A stretch of 64,000 nt of DNA from contig NC_135760.1 of NCBI RefSeq assembly GCF_052425735.1, positions 18,228,001 to 18,292,000 of the forward strand. Reading direction: 5' to 3'. The position numbers and the translations under genes were made by a program. A model generated the notes under the pieces. The model saw nothing but the letters and a program-made list of their open reading frames with translations. It was not told where the DNA came from and made no database searches. This document shows positions 58,794-64,000 of the stretch, piece by piece. Origin of the DNA: Oculina patagonica. Taxonomy: Eukaryota. Positions within the stretch are counted from its first letter, which is position 1; each line of letters opens with the position of its first letter.

Positions 58794-61663
58794 TTCGTGC
58801 TTTACATACACGTAGGTTTTCGCAATATTTTAAAACTCCGCTCTGTAAGCCCTTTAAACCCCCCCCCCCCCGTCCTTCCCGGCCACTGATATGCCACAGG
58901 CTCGTTACAATAATCCCACCTACGAATTTGTAGAAAAGTTTTGCATTTAAAACAATGTTGATTTCCTTATGGAACTGAAACCGCTTTATGTGGACAGCAG
59001 GATGGGAGGTGGGCATTTGAGTCTAGTTGGCACTGATTTTAGGTGAAAGTAGAGTTGAAAATACTTGGCAATTTTCAGTGATCTATACTAGAACAGAAAT
59101 ATTACTAGATCTAAAAATATCCCTACAATGATCATGCATGAACAAAAGGAGTGAAAGAAGGGACATCTATAAAAGTATGCCTAGAAAGGCATACTTTGTT
59201 TCCAATATTCCCGGAACATTGTGTGCTAATCCATGTTACCTTTTATAGTTGATTCCGTGCCAAAGCTAAACGCTGTGAATTCTCTATCTAGCCAAAAGAT
59301 TTGAACTGCTAGCAGATCCTTTTATAATACTTTCATATTGTTGTAAGTGACAGTTAATTTCACCATAAAAGTTGTAACAAATTGAAGTGTGAGAAATCAT
59401 TGTAAGTTGTTTAGTTACGCTATTAAATCTGCCAAGTATAAAAGGAGCGACAAAAATTATCATTTCCCTTGTAGCAGAACGCCCTGGTCACAAACTCTGT
59501 CATAAGTGGTGCAATAGGAAAGAAAAAAATCCTAACTAAGCCCTTTTGAATTCTTCTGAATTACTTTAATGAAAAGTAGACAAAGCACGTACATTTGCCT
59601 GGTTCTGAATTTCAGCTGAAGAACACTTAACAGCACAGCCACTCGCGATATTGGTATAAAACAAGTAAAAGTTTCCTTTCCATTTACATTTGGCATGTGA
59701 CATCTATCTTTTTCGTGTATTTTAAAATGATTAGATTGTTTAAAATACAGGAAATCGTGAAACTGTCAGCGGGTATTGTGACAAGCAGTGTCACGCAATG
59801 ATTTACATTTTTTCTGATTTACGGCAAAACTAGTGATAAACAAAGGCCAAAGCGGGCCACTAAAAACCTTTCCCCCAGAGATTTTTTTAAATATACTATT
59901 AGATTAATGTCTAGTTAACCCATAAAAATTGTTTTTACGATATTTTAGGTTATCGCACATAGAAAAAAATGGCAGAGTTTTACTGCATAATTTCGCTCGC
60001 TACTCATTTGCAAATTTTGCCTTTGGATTTATCCCCGTTTCAGGCTAAAAATAAATCTCGATTTGTTTTATTTTTCACTCAGTCATACACTAAATACCTA
60101 AAGACATTATAAATGTTATTGAAATATCAATAAACAGCTGCAGTATAACGCACGAGGCGATCAAACTTTCAATAAAATCAGTCAAACCGGAAGTTGTTTT
60201 TGGGCCCAATTTGAGGCAAAATCTTTTTTTGCATATTTCTACGAAAGAAAGCTATATTAGGAAAAACTAACTGCAGTCCGTTTAGTTTCTCACTAGGGCC
60301 TATCTATGGGCAAAATATGAGCGAAATCGATTTTTCCAATTTGTGCCAGGGAAAGGCGATATTAGTCGATTTTTGGAGAAAGCCGCACGTAAAAGTCCAA
60401 CCAGCTCTTAAGGACGGACCATTATTTTTTTAGAGGAGGGGGTATGAAAAATATTGAAAAAATTGTTAGCAGGGCCTAGAAAGACAAAAAAAATTGTTTG
60501 CAAACACGATATGTATAACAAAAATAGTGTGCATTTCCAAAAAAAGAATGTTTGCAGAGGTGCATTAACTAAAAAGAAAAGTTTGAAGAGGAAAATTTTT
60601 CATCCCCCCCCCCCCCTTCGAGAAAATAATCTGACCGAACGTGCCGTGTTTATTCTTTGATTGACGGAAAAATGTGGATAAACTGAAGAAGTTGTGAAAA
60701 CGTCTAGCTGTTAGCTATGACAGCCACGATATTATTTTTATTGTACAAAAAATACAACTCCGGAAAGAATTTACTGTTGTTGCAGTATACGTACCTTTTT
60801 ACTTACTTTATATATGTCTTGATGAAAGACAGAAGAACAAAAATGCTAAGAAGTGTTATGATTCTAAGTGTGAAAATTTAATAACATCTTTTCCCAAAGA
60901 TTCTTCAAAACAACAAGAAACTCTTGGCAACTGCATTTCGCTGAAAAAAATTCAGTTCAGCATTTTCATGCAAATTTAATTTCCGATAAGAATTTTTTTT
61001 TAAATACTTTATTTATAGAGGGTAACTCCAGGCAGTGAATTTGTATCGACAAAGTTTTTAGTCAGTCAATAGACTTTTATGCCGTGAAATTCAGGGAATA
61101 ATATTACTAATTCATGATTATTCGTAGAACATTACTGCTATGGCTCTATCACTCTCTTTTTCTATCTTTATTATTGTTATTGTTTTTTTATAATTTTATG
61201 TTTTTAATTTTCATCATTCTATTTTAGTGTGTAGTTGCGAAACTGGTTATAAAGCTGTACAATGTCATTTTGTCAAAACCTGTATTTCGCCTGGCCACTC
61301 GCTAGAGTATACAGCGTTTATTCCAAGTGTTTCATAAATAAGTCGGTTTTTTAAGATTTTTGTCTTTTCGTGCACTCGATGATGCGAAAACCCCTTATTA
61401 ATAAGTGGCGTTAAAAAGCTGACACGGAAAAACTTTATGCAAATTTTGTTTAATCATCACAGGCTTTCAATCCTGCTGAATCTATTCCCTGTATTTGTTT
61501 GTTCAACGTGTCGGTGTATGTGCATATTTGAGTGAGAAGCTTTTAAACGATAAATTGATGAATATGTTTCGTTTTGATTTGTCGTTTCAAAGACGAAAAC
61601 TGCCATTTGAGGCAGTTAACAGTTGAAGTATAAGCATGTAAATTTCAAATTACGAACGCAAAA

Positions 61664-63790
61664 ATGGACGAACCTCGACAGGAAATGAGCAGTGCAGTTT
61701 CAGAGGGCTCTGAGGCGCAATTAATGGTCGATTACGGTAGGTAAATTGCTAATAATCTCCCTTCTGTTGATGCCGTTTTGCAATACGGGACGACAAAACG
61801 TGGTAAAGCGACACAGCTTTCTATATGCTGTCATAAATTGAGTTTTATTGAGCCCGCTCCTCTCTCCGATTGATAATCATCTAGTCAGAAATTATTACAT
61901 TATTGTAAATCAGTGTTTGGTCTGGAAAATTAAATCGAATTTTATAAAGTTCGTACTGAGTTAAAAACGAGTTTACTCACGAAATCTTCCCGTATAGAAC
62001 CGTATAAATGCAATACTGTATTTCCGATAGCGCGTTATTAGATATTCTTGGTCTTTTCTGTAAAATAAAATGAACTTGTCAATAAAGAATCGAAGCACTC
62101 GGAGGTAAGAATTGAAACTGATATAAAATCTTTTAAGTATCTTTCAGAATTAAATTGTTTAGGACGGGATTTTCGCTTGTTTAATTTTACACTTCAATGG
62201 CGGGTGAATTGATAACACATTCGAAGACGAGTGTTGATAACTCGACTAAAAAATATAGGCTTCGGACAGCATTTTCCCGATCATAATATTTGTCGAATCG
62301 GTTTGTAAACTCAACTGCCTGCTTTGTCCTGAATGTCAATAGAGTTGCTTGCCAGACAGCTATCCACTGTTTTTTTTTTTACTTGATGTTAAAAAGGCCA
62401 ATTTCGTCGGAAACAATTAAAATCGCATCAAACTGGAGAAAAGGAAACCAGTTCCTCGTTTAAGAGAACAATTTGTTCAAGAACCGTGCGATTGATACAA
62501 ATAAACAAACAAATTATAGGGCTATAAGAAAGCTTAGCTTTTGTTTAGTGGGGGAACAAGTGAACAACGGGTGCCGTATTGAAAAAATACATTGTAGCTG
62601 GTTAGATATTAAACATTTTGACTGTTGCAAGGACATACCACGTGACTCTAACATTCGAGACTAATAATGCATGGGATCAAAACCAATAACCAAAGTAATT
62701 ACCCTGGCCAATCACAAAGTACACAGACAATCCAGTCAGCCAATCAGAACTCGAAGCCACAAGTTGCCGGCAAGAAGCGCGGGAAAACGTGTGTGAGCGA
62801 ATCACGGTTGGTTTTGGTTGTTTCTTTACTTCTGATTGGTTGAGGAAGTGGCGCAATTTTTTTTTAAATCAATCACTAAGCGTAGTAATGCAAAACCAAT
62901 TATTAAAAACCCTACAAGCTCCAAGAAAGTCATTATTTCTTATCTGAAAGGTCCGTTTATATGACTTTTCTTTTCTTTATATATTTACCCGTGTTCAGTT
63001 ACAATGAAATGCTTCAGTTAGAATTGTTAAAAAGCTGAGGGATTATTACACTAGTATCGTGATTTAAGCTAACGAAGGTTGATCGACCGCTAAGACTACG
63101 TTTTTATGGATGGGCCGTCATGATCAGCGGTCGTTTAAATGCCTGAGGGGACGGTGAATGATATATTTTAGTAACATTATCCGGGTCAACGGGTTCCACG
63201 ACAACATAGTATTTTAAACTGACAGTGAAATTAGTAGGTGTCGCTCTTTCTAGCTTGTTATTAAAAATGTGTCAGTGATGTTTGAAAATATATTGGAAAG
63301 AGGACAATTTAGAACTGAGAAAACATCTCGGGCGGGAAACACCTTCGCTGAATGTTAAATACATTTTTGTATAATTCTTCTTATGTTCTGAGCAACAAAA
63401 TCGTTGCTTAGGAATCTTTCAACTTTTAGCAACATATGCTTTTAAAATGTTATTATACATGTTTAAATTAGTCAGTGTTAAATTTTGTTTCAAATGCATT
63501 TCTAGTAACCAACGGAAAACTTGTTTTGCTTTACCAGATGAAGCGGATCCCAATTCTAAGAGATCCAACATTTTGAAAAATCTCCCTAGTCGTCAGCTGT
63601 CACTTTGGAAGCGAAAAACTAGAAAGAAAATGCAAGACGGAGACCGATCGAGAGCAGACGACTACGAAGCTGTAAATAGCGAGGATTCTGACGAAGATGT
63701 TTTAGACGAGACTAAAAGCACAACAAGAAAGAAGAAATTCGAGCAAACGGAGCCTTTGTCTGAACGACTTGTAAAGCTGAGAAAGAGAAG
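61664..63790 (+). CDS. 5' exons of an unidentified gene (61664-61736, 63538-63790); likely continues beyond the window end
   Basis: AAAATGG start with a phase-1 donor G|GTAGGT joins TTACCAG|AT in frame: MDEPRQEMSSAVSEGSEAQLMVDY-DEADPNSKRSNIL...YEAVNSEDSDEDVLDE...ERLVKLRKRR, then donor AG|GTAAAA. No recognisable domain. Confidence 0.6.
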
Positions 63791-64000
63791 GTAAAAGAAC
63801 AGCTTACAATAGACAATATTTACTGTAAACATAAGATGTATTTTAAATAAATAATGATGTTTTTGTTATTGCGATGATGGAAGCCATTTTAAGTTCGCGT
63901 GCGGAATCCATTTAAATGTGCAAGCCATTAAAAAACATAAATAAAACACTTTAGAAGCCTTTTAAATGCTTATATTTCGCATTGGTCTGGAGTTGGTTAA

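Larger units (their letters stand above)
50990..60407 (+). mobile_element. Sola3-like DNA transposon, ~9.4 kb, with ~600-bp imperfect TIRs
   Basis: ~50990-51570 is the reverse complement of ~59810-60407 (e.g. CGCTCATATTTTGTCCATAGATAGG vs CCTATCTATGGGCAAAATATGAGCG). The right end reads ...CAGCTC|TTAA (CTC terminus plus TTAA, as described for Sola3). The left terminus is degenerate, so its position is approximate. The element encloses a spliced DDD transposase. Confidence 0.85.

Overview
Intron-rich, AT-rich eukaryotic genomic DNA. The SINE and MITE families and the gene content suggest a cnidarian, probably a stony coral (inference). Most of the supplied ORFs are exon fragments or noise. I reconstructed seven spliced host genes by hand: SANBR/KIAA1841 (-, runs off the left edge), a 333-aa secreted Glu-rich granin-like precursor (+) with a 7-nt first coding exon, a small secreted WSC-like protein (-), an SVOP/SV2-related MFS transporter (-), C11orf54 (-) and PGAM5 (+) arranged head-to-head, and the 5' part of an unidentified gene at the right edge. 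The most notable accessory feature is a ~9.4-kb Sola3-like DNA transposon (~50990-60407). It has ~600-bp diverged TIRs and a four-exon, ~1188-aa DDD transposase that is intact except for one apparent 1-nt frameshift; within the gene, MITE insertions occur only in introns. Also present are a 1.85-kb TTAA-flanked foldback (Kolobok-like) element in the predicted last SVOP intron, tRNA-derived SINEs, and many MITEs with readable 2-, 3-, 4-, 6-, 8- and 9-bp TSDs. All coordinates and identities were read by eye, and no searches were run.
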